Assembly (NCBI GenBank): GCA_965237675.1
Contig: OZ250150.1
Location: 4,416,001 to 4,480,000, forward strand
Source: Candidatus Latescibacterota bacterium
Lineage (GTDB): Bacteria > Latescibacterota > UBA2968 > GCA-2709665
DNA length: 64,000 nucleotides
Direction: 5' to 3'
Positions 41,383-51,166 of the stretch are shown here, piece after piece. The position numbers were made by a program, and so were the translations under genes. Within the stretch, counting starts at the first letter, position 1. The number at the start of each line of letters is the position of its first letter. The notes under the pieces are model-generated. The model saw only the letters and a list, made by a program, of their open reading frames with translations. It was not told the origin of the DNA and did not search any database.

Positions 41383-42258
41383 TCATACCCGCACATCCGT
41401 TCCAGATTGCGAGGTCAACAAGAATGAAAACAGGCTGGCCAGCGTCTGTCGCATTTCGCTGCGAGGCACGATCATATCGACAAATCCATGTTCAAGAACC
41501 TTTTCGGCGCGCTGCGCCCGCCGGAGCGCTTCCAATTCCTCCTCACCCACCGAACTCCCGGTAATCCGCTCTCCCGTGAAGCCAATCAACGCATTGGGCT
41601 CGGCAATGTTGATATCGCCAATCAGGGCATAACTGGCCGATACACCGGCCGTCGTGGGATCGGTCAGAATGGAAATGAACAACAGCCCCTCGTCCGCAAA
41701 CCGCGCCAGCCGGGCGTTGATTTTTGCCAGTTGCATCAGGGAGAGTGCGCTTTCCTGCATCCGGGCCCCACCCGAGCGACAGATCAGAACCAGGGGCAGA
41801 CGCTCCGTGATGCAACGATCAATGAGGCGACAAAACCGCTCGCCCTCCGCTGAGGACAGCGTGCCCATGATAAACGCGGGCTCGTGGATACCCACGCCGA
41901 CGCGTTGGCCGTCAATCTTACCGATACCGACACAAACCGCCGCATCCAGCCCGGTGGCTTTGCGGGCCTCCCGGATCCTATCGACATATCGCATGCGATC
42001 TTCGAAATGCAGCGGGTCGGCGGATTTCACCTCCGAGGCAATTTCCTCGAACGAGCCTGCCTCCAGGATATAATCCAGATAATCTTTGTAGCCGATCCGG
42101 AAATGCGCGCCGCAGTGGGAACATATTCCGTAATCCTGGCGCACCTGCTTGCTGTAAAGCGTGTGATGGCAACGTTCGCACTTGATCCATAGATTGTCGG
42201 GCATCGTCCGCCGGACCAGCGTTTGAATGCCGGACTTCAACCGATCAAACCAATTCAC
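41383..42258 (-). CDS. accD: Acetyl-CoA carboxylase carboxyltransferase beta subunit
   Basis: LWIKC..C..C..C zinc finger, DPLHF.D, SGGARMQES, LTDPTTAGVSAS, IAEPNALIGF. Confidence 0.93.
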   Translation of the reverse strand: MNWFDRLKSGIQTLVRRTMPDNLWIKCERCHHTLYSKQVRQDYGICSHCGAHFRIGYKDYLDYILEAGSFEEIASEVKSADPLHFEDRMRYVDRIREARKATGLDAAVCVGIGKIDGQRVGVGIHEPAFIMGTLSSAEGERFCRLIDRCITERLPLVLICRSGGARMQESALSLMQLAKINARLARFADEGLLFISILTDPTTAGVSASYALIGDINIAEPNALIGFTGERITGSSVGEEELEALRRAQRAEKVLEHGFVDMIVPRSEMRQTLASLFSFLLTSQSGTDVRV

Positions 42259-42492
42259 GATCCTGTTTCCTTTCGAACCCGTTGCACTCCGGTGAGACCG
42301 CGTCGCCAGAACCCGTTCTGCTGGAACGCGAAATATACTCCTATAGACAACCTAACACAAGAAGATTAATACATTGCAAGCAGTTAGAGCGACCCCCGGT
42401 GAAGACCTGCGTTTTCGTCTGACTGTGGAGAATGCCCGATTTGTTCGACCGCTCTCCCCCGCAGCTCATCGTCGGGACATATAGATTTTCTA

Positions 42493-42519
42493 TTGACTTG
42501 CTTTCACGAATCTTATAAT
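42493..42519 (+). promoter_or_regulatory. Putative sigma70 promoter for the LysR gene
   Basis: TTGACT-N15-TATAAT; spacer is short. Confidence 0.3.
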
Positions 42520-42730
42520 TTCCGTTACGTGATCCACTGAATTCCGCAGTCGCATGTCCGTCCGTTGCTGCGCGTCGAATTCCGGCGATGCGTACGCCGT
42601 CCGGGCAATTGGAATCGAATCATCCCCGTTTCGGGTGCCATCAATCCGAATGCATGAACACCCTCTCGGGAGCGCGGCCTTCACGTCTCGCCCTTTCACG
42701 TTTTCATCCAGGAACCGTCATCCACACCGG

Positions 42731-43630
42731 ATGGGAAACCGTTTTGTGCTTACCGAAAGCCTGAAGGTCTTTTGCGATCTTATAGAAACCCAGAGCTTCT
42801 CCAAAACCGCCCTGCTCAATGACGTCAGTCAATCGGCTGTCAGCCAGCAACTCAAGAGCATCGAAAAACGACACGGGCGTCGGCTGGTGCAGCGGGAAAA
42901 GAGACGACTTTCCCTGACGGCGGAAGGTGAAATCTTCTACTGCTATGCGCGGGAAATTGTCCTGCGCTTCGACAAGATGCAACACCGCATCCAGGCATTG
43001 AGCGGCGAGGTTTCCGGTACCGTTCGACTTTCCGCCATCTACGGCGTGGGCATGTTGGAATTGGCTCCCTATCTGAAAACCTATATCAAATCCAATCCCA
43101 AAGTCAATCTGCGATTGTCATATACGCAGGCCAAAAAAATCTACGACGATGTGGCAAGCGGCCAGATCGACCTCGGAGTGGTTGCCTTTCCGCGCTCTCA
43201 ACGAAATGTGGACGCGATCCCGTTTGCGGAAGATCCGATGGTCGTGATCTGCGCCGTATCCAATCCCCTCAGCCTGCGAACGACCGTCAGTCCCGGCGAG
43301 CTGGGCAACCATCCATTGATTCTCTTCACGCCTGAAGCCCCCACCCGGTCGGCTATCGACCGTTACTTCCGGAAACACGGCGTGGCCTTCCGAACCGTCA
43401 TGGAACTGGACCACATCGCCACCCTCATCCATGCCGTCGAGGTCGACATAGGGATTTCCCTGGTGCCTGCATCGGCATTGAGACAGGGACGATTCAAAGA
43501 CACGCTCAAGGCGCTTCCGCTGCGGGGAGAACCCTTGATACGCCCGCTGGGCGTCCTACAACGCAAGGGGCGCAGTTACTCCATCGCCACGCGGAAATTG
43601 TTCGAGACGCTGACCCGAAACAACCCGTAA
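42731..43630 (+). CDS. LysR family transcriptional regulator
   Basis: SFSKTA...VSQSAVSQQLKSIE HTH, LTAEG, IDLGVV. Confidence 0.92.
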   Translation: MGNRFVLTESLKVFCDLIETQSFSKTALLNDVSQSAVSQQLKSIEKRHGRRLVQREKRRLSLTAEGEIFYCYAREIVLRFDKMQHRIQALSGEVSGTVRLSAIYGVGMLELAPYLKTYIKSNPKVNLRLSYTQAKKIYDDVASGQIDLGVVAFPRSQRNVDAIPFAEDPMVVICAVSNPLSLRTTVSPGELGNHPLILFTPEAPTRSAIDRYFRKHGVAFRTVMELDHIATLIHAVEVDIGISLVPASALRQGRFKDTLKALPLRGEPLIRPLGVLQRKGRSYSIATRKLFETLTRNNP

Positions 43631-43650
43631 GCTGCCGTGAAGACCCCTCC

Positions 43651-44031
43651 ATGCCAATAACCCGCGCACTTCCCGCCCTTCTCTTTGTCGTCTTGCTGGC
43701 CAAACCGCAACCTGTCCGTGCCTCCTGGGACCGGTATGCAGGTGATATCGTTCGCTACCATGCACGGAATATCGAGTTGAACCCACAGTGGGTTGCGAAA
43801 ATCGGGGTTCAGTCCAACCGATTCGTGATCGAGTGCGCAATTCCTCTTCGCGCGGTCGGCATCCGCCCTGAACACCCCCTTGCTCCGTTGCGATTCAATC
43901 TTGCCGTCCTCGACCAGGCCGCGGCCAGGTGGACCTGGTCGGCAACATTCGGTCGCCCTGAGGACGCCAGCCGATTCCGGGATCTCCCACTTCAATCACC
44001 TCCGCCGGTGGAAGAAGCCCGCCATGAGTGA
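43651..44031 (+). CDS. Small secreted protein with CBM9-like C-terminal half-domain
   Basis: Signal-like N-terminus; W....IECAIPL..VG...LRFN...W..TF pattern. Confidence 0.4.
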   Translation: MPITRALPALLFVVLLAKPQPVRASWDRYAGDIVRYHARNIELNPQWVAKIGVQSNRFVIECAIPLRAVGIRPEHPLAPLRFNLAVLDQAAARWTWSATFGRPEDASRFRDLPLQSPPPVEEARHE

Positions 44032-44638
44032 ACCCTTTGAACTGCCTCTTTTTCCGCTGGAATTGGTCCTCTTTCCCTTCCAACAGATTCCTCTACATAT
44101 CTTTGAAGGACGTTATCGGCAAATGATCAAGCTGTGTATGGATACGACGGTTGAATTCGGCATCGTGTTCGGGACGGACGACAATTTTCGCGATACCGGC
44201 TGCGCCGCGACCGTTACCAGGCTGGTCAACCGGTTTCCGGACGGGCGTATGAATATCCTTGTTCGGGGCACCAGGCGTTTCCAGGTGATGAAACGCCTGG
44301 ATACCCACCCTTATATCTCAGGAATGGTACAGGAAATTGAGGATACCCCGGAAACTCCGGACCCTGAGCTGGCCAACCGAGCCATCGCCCTCTACGAGGA
44401 CGCAGTCAAACTCTCGCTGGGCTGGCTTCACTGGAGACGGGAATCGGACTGCTCTCCCTCGGAGTTTTCTTATACCATTGCAGGCAGCCTCAACCTGACG
44501 CTCTCCGAGAAACAGGAGTTTCTGGAAACCACCTCCGTGAACCGACGCCTGCAGTACGTATCAGACACCCTTGAAAACGCCCTGAAGACCATTCGCGACG
44601 TCAAGCGGAGAACCGGGGGTAACGGCCACGTGGCGTAG
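44024..44638 (+). CDS. LON peptidase substrate-binding domain protein
   Basis: LPLFPL..VLFP...PLHIFEGRYRQMI, DGR.NILVRG..RF. Confidence 0.9.
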   Translation: MSEPFELPLFPLELVLFPFQQIPLHIFEGRYRQMIKLCMDTTVEFGIVFGTDDNFRDTGCAATVTRLVNRFPDGRMNILVRGTRRFQVMKRLDTHPYISGMVQEIEDTPETPDPELANRAIALYEDAVKLSLGWLHWRRESDCSPSEFSYTIAGSLNLTLSEKQEFLETTSVNRRLQYVSDTLENALKTIRDVKRRTGGNGHVA

Positions 44639-44915
44639 GGTTCTGTCGCGGAAATGGATTGCCGAAACTCGCCCGATGAGTCGCCCGGCTCGCATCCTTC
44701 GACAGGCTCAGGAACCGGCGCCTGCACCCTGAGCCGCTCCCTGAGCTTGTCGAAGGGTCGGCGAGCGCGCTTCGAAAAGCGCGCTTCGACAAGCTCGTTT
44801 CGACAAGCTCAACGCACGCAACGCAGCGAGACGGGATGAACCTGCGCCTGCCTGTGCGTGCAGCCTCACGCACGCAGACATGGAAGATTGGTGAAATATT
44901 CCTGGGACAGGACAC
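44638..44915. mobile_element. MITE-like element copy 3 (278 bp) with nested hairpin repeats
   Basis: gggttctgtcgcggaaat...tattcctgggacaggacac; internal cttcgacaggctcagg, ccctgagcttgtcgaaggg and two ttcgacaagctc; left end overlaps the LON gene TAG. Confidence 0.8.
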
Positions 44916-44943
44916 AAGACCCGTGGATAGATCAGGAGACCGT

Positions 44944-45504
44944 ATGTCACTACCGAGCCGCGATGAAGCCTTTCAACTGCTGTGCGAACACACCCGGAAT
45001 CCCAATCTTATCAAGCACATGCTGGCCGTCGAAGCGGCAATGCGGGCCTACGCACGCAAATTCGACCAGATCGAAGATTTGTGGGGCATCACTGGGCTAC
45101 TGCACGACTTCGACTACGAAAAACACCCCGATCCCGAAGAACATCCGATGGTTGGCGTTGGCATCCTCACGGAGAAAGGGTATCCTCCTGACATCATCCA
45201 CGCCATCAAATCCCACGCTACCTATCTCGGCGTGCCCAGAGACAGCCTGCTCGACAAGACCCTGTTCGCCGTGGATGAACTCACAGGGTTCATCGTAGCC
45301 GTTACACTCATGCAACCGTCCAGGAAGCTGGCTGACCTGAAAACCTCGTCCGTACGCAGGAAGATGAAACAAAAGGGATTCGCACGGGCGGTCAGCCGGG
45401 AGGACATCCGCACGGGTGCATCGGAACTCGGGGTAGAACTGGACGAACACATTGCATTCGTGCGAGAAGCAATGGCTGGCATCGCGCAGGAACTGGACCT
45501 TTAG
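44944..45504 (+). CDS. HD (HDIG-type) metal-dependent phosphohydrolase
   Basis: KHMLAVE, GLLHDFDYE, HP..G, IKSH, AVDELTG; AGGAG RBS. Confidence 0.9.
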   Translation: MSLPSRDEAFQLLCEHTRNPNLIKHMLAVEAAMRAYARKFDQIEDLWGITGLLHDFDYEKHPDPEEHPMVGVGILTEKGYPPDIIHAIKSHATYLGVPRDSLLDKTLFAVDELTGFIVAVTLMQPSRKLADLKTSSVRRKMKQKGFARAVSREDIRTGASELGVELDEHIAFVREAMAGIAQELDL

Positions 45505-45532
45505 AAGCTGTCTTAAACCCCCAGCGGTCTTC

Positions 45533-45560
45533 GCGCCTGCCTGCTGCCGCAGGCAGGCGC
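45533..45560. repeat. Perfect 12-bp hairpin gcgcctgcctgc-tgcc-gcaggcaggcgc
   Basis: Between convergent genes; a related cctgcctg arm lies at 44841-44880 inside MITE copy 3. Confidence 0.6.
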
Positions 45561-45667
45561 TGCAAAAGCGTCGGTCGGCGTTGGTCAAACCCACCCGTAT
45601 CTCTAGTCGAGGCTGCGCGCCCCTCGCCTCTCACAGGTGCCAAAAGGAATCGTCCAGACCCATCGCT

Positions 45668-48600
45668 CTACTGCTTCAATACATACAGCACGCCGTCTTC
45701 GGAGGCCGCCGCAATCTCCGGAACGCCGTCACCATCCACGTCCGCGGCGGCCATTGTCAATAACGGACCGCCGGTCTTGAAACGCGCCACCGTCCGTCCG
45801 TCTCCGTTGGCGAGCACGTGCACCACACCGTCCTCGGTTCCGGCGGCCACTTCCAGTTTTCCGTCGCCGTCAAAATCACCCACCGAGATACAACGTACGA
45901 CCTCCCCGAGATCCGCGCGCCAGACCTGCGTACATCCATCGCCTTTTATCACGTACACGTTGAAACTCATTGAAGACGCCACGACCTCGTCCAACCCGTC
46001 TCCATCCATATCGGCCGTCACGACCTGCGTGACCTCATCTCCGGTATTGAACTGCCAGAGCAGCTTGCCGTGGGCGCTCAGGGTGTGGATATGCGTATCG
46101 GCCCCCGCGAAGACGACTTCCTTCAGACCGTCTCCATCCAGATCGCCGGCCGTGGCGGAATTGGTCCGGGGGCCCGTCCTCGGATGGTAGGACCATCGGA
46201 TCTCCCCGCTGCCATCAATACAGTGCCAGCGGTGATACTCTGTTCCGGCGATCACCTCGTCCCTGCCATCCCCGTCGATGTCCGCCGCGCAGCCGTGGGT
46301 GGATGAATGCACCGTCATCTGATGCCACAGAAACTTGCCTTCGTGGGTGAACGCGTAGTATCGCCACGACTCCGCCCCGGCGATCACCTCCAGCTTGCCA
46401 TCCCCATCGATATCGCCGGCGAACACCGTTTTCAACATCGGTGTACGATAGTAGAGTGGAATTTCATAGTCCCATTCCTTCTGTCCCTTTGCGTTCAGTA
46501 CGTAGACCCTGGTATCGGCCGACCCGGCGATCACTCGCGTCCTGCCGTCCCGCGCCAGATCCGCCGCCCACACGGAGCGAACCTCCCCTCCTGTCCGGAA
46601 CCGCCACAGCGCGTCACCATCGTGCAGCGCGCAAACCGATGCGCCCCGGCCGCCCGCCACGACCACATCCGATTCATCGCTCAGAAGGTCCGCCGCGTGT
46701 AACGAAAGGAACGGCCCCTCCTCCCGGTACGTCCACATTTCCTTCAACTGTCCGACACGACCCCGCCTGGGCCGGATCAACGCCGGTTGCACCGCCTTTG
46801 GGCGCACCGTACGGGAGGCCGCCCGACGCAACGCCATCACGGAGTCTGACACCAGGCAGAATCGATGTTCGCCCTTCGGCATCGTAAACGCTACCGCGCC
46901 GTCGGATACCGAGGAGTCCACCGGCTTCCCATCCACGGTGACGCCCGATCGACCATCCGACGACAGACACAGCCGCGTGGCGTTCCTGGCCATCGTCCGA
47001 CCTTCACCCCTCACCAGATCGTACTCTATAGACACCGGCTGCTCCGACGTCAGTTCCACGCCGCCCCACCGGACCCGTGTGACGTCCACGACGGCAAACC
47101 GGGAAGGAGACACCAGAAATTGAGCCGCGGCCACTGCCGGTCCGCCCGGAATTTCAGACAGGACGCCGGCTTCCCCCACACCGGCGAAGACGACCTCCTC
47201 GCCGCCGTCGACCCGGACAGCCCCATCGGTCAGTTGCGTCAGCTTCAAATCCCGTGTCGTCGGGTCGCCGCCGCAATGGAGCAGATTGAAGAACCGGTAC
47301 GTATCCCGCGCTTTCAAGCGCACGTCCACGATCTGCTGCAGAATCCGCACGACCGGATCCGCGTGCGGATAACCCTCCCAATTCTTCCCCGTTACCTCGT
47401 CATCCTCGAGTTTCAGCGATGGCCCCTTCAAACCCTTGATATGGAACCGCTCCCCGTCCTGCTCCACGACCAGCCCGCCTTCGCGCACGGCCACGTGGCC
47501 CAGCGTCTGCCATATCGCCCTGAAACTGTAATCGTCCTCCCCGAGAGCCTCCATCTCGTCGATGACAAGAAAAAACCGCCCCCGTTTCCAGAGTATGTTC
47601 CGGTGCCAGTCCACGCCACTGTAGTTGCGCAGCGTTGTCTCGGAAAAACCCGACCGGTCGAAATTCGCCGCACGCTCGAGTTCGACGAACGGCGGGATCT
47701 CGGCGGACTGACCATTTCTAAAAATCAGCACGCCGTTGTGAAACTTGGGCAAAGACTTTATATAGTCGCAGTCGGCCAGCCAGATCCGGCGCCTCTGCGT
47801 TATTCGGGATATCGAATTCCCGTCGTAATGCTTATGGCCTCCGTTGGAAAGCCCATCCAGAAACAGATATTGGCCCATCGGATCGTACCCGTCTCGAAAC
47901 ACCACCTTGTCGAAGGTTTTCTTCAACGGAAGATGGTCTTTCCCCAGGTTCGATTCGTAATACAGCGGATCCACAGGGAACACCTGCGTTCCATCCAGAT
48001 CCTCCGGTTCCACAGGGGTTACGCGCCTGTGATATTCATATGCGGCAAATTGAGGTTCGACGGCCGTCTTCTTATCCAGCATCCACTGATAACGCCCGTC
48101 TTCCAGCACGAAAACGGCCGCTCGCAGATAGGGCAGTTCGCTCCACCAGCCAAAGGGCGACGCATTGTCTCCATACGGAAGCGCATAGCCCAGATTGTCC
48201 GTCGTCAGGATCGAATAGTCCGCCGCTCTCCGCGCGCAACCATTCTCGAAAAACGTCATATCCCCGCAGGAAAGCGAATACCTGGTCAGATGATAGTGGG
48301 TCAGCCACTGGTATCCGCTGCAATCTTCGTGGGGTTTGAACGCCTTCGCCTGGAACCTGAAACACTCGTCCGACAACGCAAGCCAGGCGTCCGCCTCCGG
48401 CAACCCGTAATATTTTCGATAGTACGTCCCGGCGTAATGCAGCCCCAATGCGGCGAACGTGGTGTGGTTGTGCCTGACGTGGGGGATCTTCATATCTCCG
48501 ACGTGGGACACACAATCGGTAATGAATTCAAACAGGATCCGGGTAATCCGCAGCCGGTCGTCCTGGGACATCACCGGGCTTTCCTCCACGAGATCCCACC

Positions 48601-49366
48601 CCGGCATCACCTTGTACAGGGCAAAATCCGCATCGAATCCCCAGATGCCGCCATAGTTGTCCGGGTCGGACATCGCGTGCCGGTACATTCGATAGACGAG
48701 GCGTTTGTAGAGCTCGGCGTAGGCGTCGTTTCCCGTAAGCCCGTACAACAATCCCCGCTCTCCAATCCGGCCCCAGAGGCCCGTATGTTCGCCCCGGCGC
48801 AGCGCCTCCTCCGCGGCTTCCATCTCCGAATCGACATCGGGCTCGTCTTCAAGCTTTGGAATCCGCAACGCCTCCGGGCCGAATCGGACCTCGAAAAGAG
48901 GCCCTGTCGAGAGCGTCGTTTCTTTTTCCAACGTCTTCGAGAACCGGCCGACCGCCGTGCGGACGCCTTCCAGGTCGCTGCCGAACAGCCCCACAACGTT
49001 CTTTCCGTTCCCCCACGGGTCGTGGATGGTCTGAACAAGATACCCACCACGCCCCGGATACACATCGTCCGCCGGGGTATAATTGTATCCGTAGAGACGA
49101 AATACCACGCGGTTCGTATTCACGTTCCCAAGCAGAACAAGGTGTCGATCGGGCGGTGTCGCCACGTCCACATCCGTGACCACGGAGACGTTCGCGCCGG
49201 TAAGATCCCGGATCCTGCCCTGCAATTCGGAAGCCAGTTCCCGGTAGCGCGCATCATCCGGACAGACGATTGCCGACACGGCCTTTCCGTGTTTCACCAG
49301 CATCGTGTCCGGGTACAGCTTCTTCGGCTGCTTCAGTTTCCGAAGGGTCCCTTTCCTATCCGACAT
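45668..49366 (-). CDS. Large lyase-like protein (heparinase II/III-like) with C-terminal FG-GAP/PQQ-type propeller
   Basis: HNHTTF, EDCSGY, GGHKHYDGNSI motifs; repeated D.DGDG..EV..G units in the last ~350 aa; AAGGA RBS. Confidence 0.7.
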   Translation of the reverse strand: MSDRKGTLRKLKQPKKLYPDTMLVKHGKAVSAIVCPDDARYRELASELQGRIRDLTGANVSVVTDVDVATPPDRHLVLLGNVNTNRVVFRLYGYNYTPADDVYPGRGGYLVQTIHDPWGNGKNVVGLFGSDLEGVRTAVGRFSKTLEKETTLSTGPLFEVRFGPEALRIPKLEDEPDVDSEMEAAEEALRRGEHTGLWGRIGERGLLYGLTGNDAYAELYKRLVYRMYRHAMSDPDNYGGIWGFDADFALYKVMPGWDLVEESPVMSQDDRLRITRILFEFITDCVSHVGDMKIPHVRHNHTTFAALGLHYAGTYYRKYYGLPEADAWLALSDECFRFQAKAFKPHEDCSGYQWLTHYHLTRYSLSCGDMTFFENGCARRAADYSILTTDNLGYALPYGDNASPFGWWSELPYLRAAVFVLEDGRYQWMLDKKTAVEPQFAAYEYHRRVTPVEPEDLDGTQVFPVDPLYYESNLGKDHLPLKKTFDKVVFRDGYDPMGQYLFLDGLSNGGHKHYDGNSISRITQRRRIWLADCDYIKSLPKFHNGVLIFRNGQSAEIPPFVELERAANFDRSGFSETTLRNYSGVDWHRNILWKRGRFFLVIDEMEALGEDDYSFRAIWQTLGHVAVREGGLVVEQDGERFHIKGLKGPSLKLEDDEVTGKNWEGYPHADPVVRILQQIVDVRLKARDTYRFFNLLHCGGDPTTRDLKLTQLTDGAVRVDGGEEVVFAGVGEAGVLSEIPGGPAVAAAQFLVSPSRFAVVDVTRVRWGGVELTSEQPVSIEYDLVRGEGRTMARNATRLCLSSDGRSGVTVDGKPVDSSVSDGAVAFTMPKGEHRFCLVSDSVMALRRAASRTVRPKAVQPALIRPRRGRVGQLKEMWTYREEGPFLSLHAADLLSDESDVVVAGGRGASVCALHDGDALWRFRTGGEVRSVWAADLARDGRTRVIAGSADTRVYVLNAKGQKEWDYEIPLYYRTPMLKTVFAGDIDGDGKLEVIAGAESWRYYAFTHEGKFLWHQMTVHSSTHGCAADIDGDGRDEVIAGTEYHRWHCIDGSGEIRWSYHPRTGPRTNSATAGDLDGDGLKEVVFAGADTHIHTLSAHGKLLWQFNTGDEVTQVVTADMDGDGLDEVVASSMSFNVYVIKGDGCTQVWRADLGEVVRCISVGDFDGDGKLEVAAGTEDGVVHVLANGDGRTVARFKTGGPLLTMAAADVDGDGVPEIAAASEDGVLYVLKQ

Positions 49367-49440
49367 GGGTACGTCCTTTCGTATTCAGCATTTATCTATT
49401 GGCGCGCCGGATCTTGGAAATCCGTCGCGAACGGGGCCTG

Positions 49441-49670
49441 GTGTTCTGTCCCTGAGATAGATTGCCTTAATTCGGCCGCCGAGTCGCACGGCTCGCATCC
49501 TTCGACAGGCTCAGGAACCGGCGCCTGAGCCCTGAGCCGCTCCCTGAGCTTGTCGAAGGGTCGGCGAAGGGCCGTCGATTGACATCGACCGGTGCACCCT
49601 GAGCCTGTCGAAGGGTAGCGAAACGCACGCAGAAAGGGATGAATGGTGACATATTTCTGGGACGGGACAC
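49441..49670. mobile_element. MITE-like element copy 4 (230 bp) with nested hairpin repeats
   Basis: gtgttctgtccctgagata...tatttctgggacgggacac; right end overlaps the TAG of the permease gene. Confidence 0.8.
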
Positions 49671-50365
49671 TAAATCTCCACGAATTTCTCAAACAGGAAC
49701 AGCCCGATCAGCAGAAAGACCAGGCCTGCGAGAATCGTGTACGCCATCAACGCCGCGCCAGTTGACAGATATTCCCGCATTGCGACGACGAAGTAACCCG
49801 CCATCGTCAGATAAATGACAGCGCACGAAACAAATGAAGCGGCCGTGGCCAGCCCTCTGAGACGCGAGGCCGTGTACTTGACGCCCTCCATGGCTGTCAC
49901 GACGCCAAGCGACAGTAGCACATAGGAAGCGAAGAATCCAGCGGCGTATCCGGATACCGCCGCTGGCGTGACGCCGAAATAGCTCAGAATCTGGGAAACG
50001 GCTTCCTGGGGGGCGCGCGAAACGACGAAGTATACGCCTGTACCCGCGATCGCGAACAGCAGGAGACCGATACTCAGAATCGCGGCGAATTTGCACAGAC
50101 CCATAACACCGGTCCGGATGGGAAGCGCAAACAGCAGATGGTTCGTATTGCCGCGCCATTCCCCGTTGAACGAAGAAGCCAGCAGGAATGGCAGGACAAA
50201 CATGATTGCCCAGAGGGGAAGACCCGAAAGAAACAGGGCGATCATCTGGGTCTCAACGGCCAGCAAGACCCAGCCCTGCAACACCAGAGTACCGATCCCG
50301 AGGATACAGAACACACCCCTGGCGTCCTTTATTTCCTTGATATACAGTGCGATAAACATCCCCAT
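49670..50365 (-). CDS. ABC-2 type transporter permease
   Basis: About six TM helices, ALYIKEIK, LLFALPI...K; follows an ABC ATPase gene. Confidence 0.75.
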   Translation of the reverse strand: MGMFIALYIKEIKDARGVFCILGIGTLVLQGWVLLAVETQMIALFLSGLPLWAIMFVLPFLLASSFNGEWRGNTNHLLFALPIRTGVMGLCKFAAILSIGLLLFAIAGTGVYFVVSRAPQEAVSQILSYFGVTPAAVSGYAAGFFASYVLLSLGVVTAMEGVKYTASRLRGLATAASFVSCAVIYLTMAGYFVVAMREYLSTGAALMAYTILAGLVFLLIGLFLFEKFVEI

Positions 50366-50384
50366 ATCAGACTTCCACTATCCC

Positions 50385-51075
50385 TCAACCAACCTGCGTT
50401 TCGAAAATTTCAGCAAGAGATTTTCCATAGTCCTGTTGCAATTGATCCGGCCGGCCCGAAATACAAATCTCGCCGTCTCGCAGAAGCAGCACATCCTCGA
50501 TAAACGGCTCCACCTCGGATACCAAATGGGTCGAAATCAGAATCGTCTGGTCCGCCCGCCGGAACTCGTTGAAAAGGCCGTCCAGGATTCGCTTTCGCGA
50601 CGGGGGATCGATGCCGCCCAGGGGTTCGTCCATCAGCACCACTTCCGGCGACCAGGAGAACGCAGACACTACCTTCAGCCTTGCGCGCTGCCCGCGTGAG
50701 AGGGCGCCCACCTTCCGGTCGCCCGGCAGATTCATGAATTCCAGCAGGTTTCGGGCTTTCCGCGCATCCCACGTGGGATAGAAGGCTGAAAGGAAATCCA
50801 GCTGCTCCCCAACCCTCATCCAGGAATAAAACGGATCTATCTCCGGCAGATAGGACACGATCCGCTTTGTCGCGAAACCCGCCGGATGTTTCCCTATCAG
50901 CGCCCGACCGCGGGTTGGCCGCGTCACCCCGGCGAGGATCCGGAACAATGTACTCTTCCCGCTTCCGTTTTCCCCCAGCACACCCAGCAACCCCCCCGCG
51001 CGCCACCGTCAGCGACACACCTCTGAGCGCCCATGCACCCGGGTATTTTTTCCACAGATCTTCGACATGAACCAT
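50385..51075 (-). pseudogene. ABC transporter ATP-binding protein split by a frameshift in a G7 run
   Basis: MVHVEDLWKKY..ALRGVSL in one frame; GENGSGKST, LSRGQ and MDEP in another; junction at the C7 run 50991-50997. Confidence 0.8.
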
Positions 51076-51095
51076 CGGTGTAAATCCCCGGATAG

Positions 51096-51130
51096 AAAAA
51101 GGCCGCCCCGGTACCCACCCGGAAGCGGCC
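51096..51130 (-). terminator. Intrinsic terminator after ferritin
   Basis: ggccgc..ccgg/ccgg..gcggcc stem followed by T5 on the minus strand. Confidence 0.6.
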
Positions 51131-51166
51131 GAATTCAGATCGTCACCTGACTCACGCCAGCGGGAT

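Noticed and set aside
44601-44950. Small ORFs over the MITE copies (also 41036-41310 and 49396-49692)
   Set aside because: Translations of repeat DNA that recur between copies; no RBS or domain support.
46865-49528. 887-aa plus-strand ORF and similar long antisense ORFs (e.g. 10898-12301, 14743-15942, 35903-37108, 54418-55689)
   Set aside because: Shadow frames opposite well-supported genes in GC-rich DNA; no recognisable motifs.
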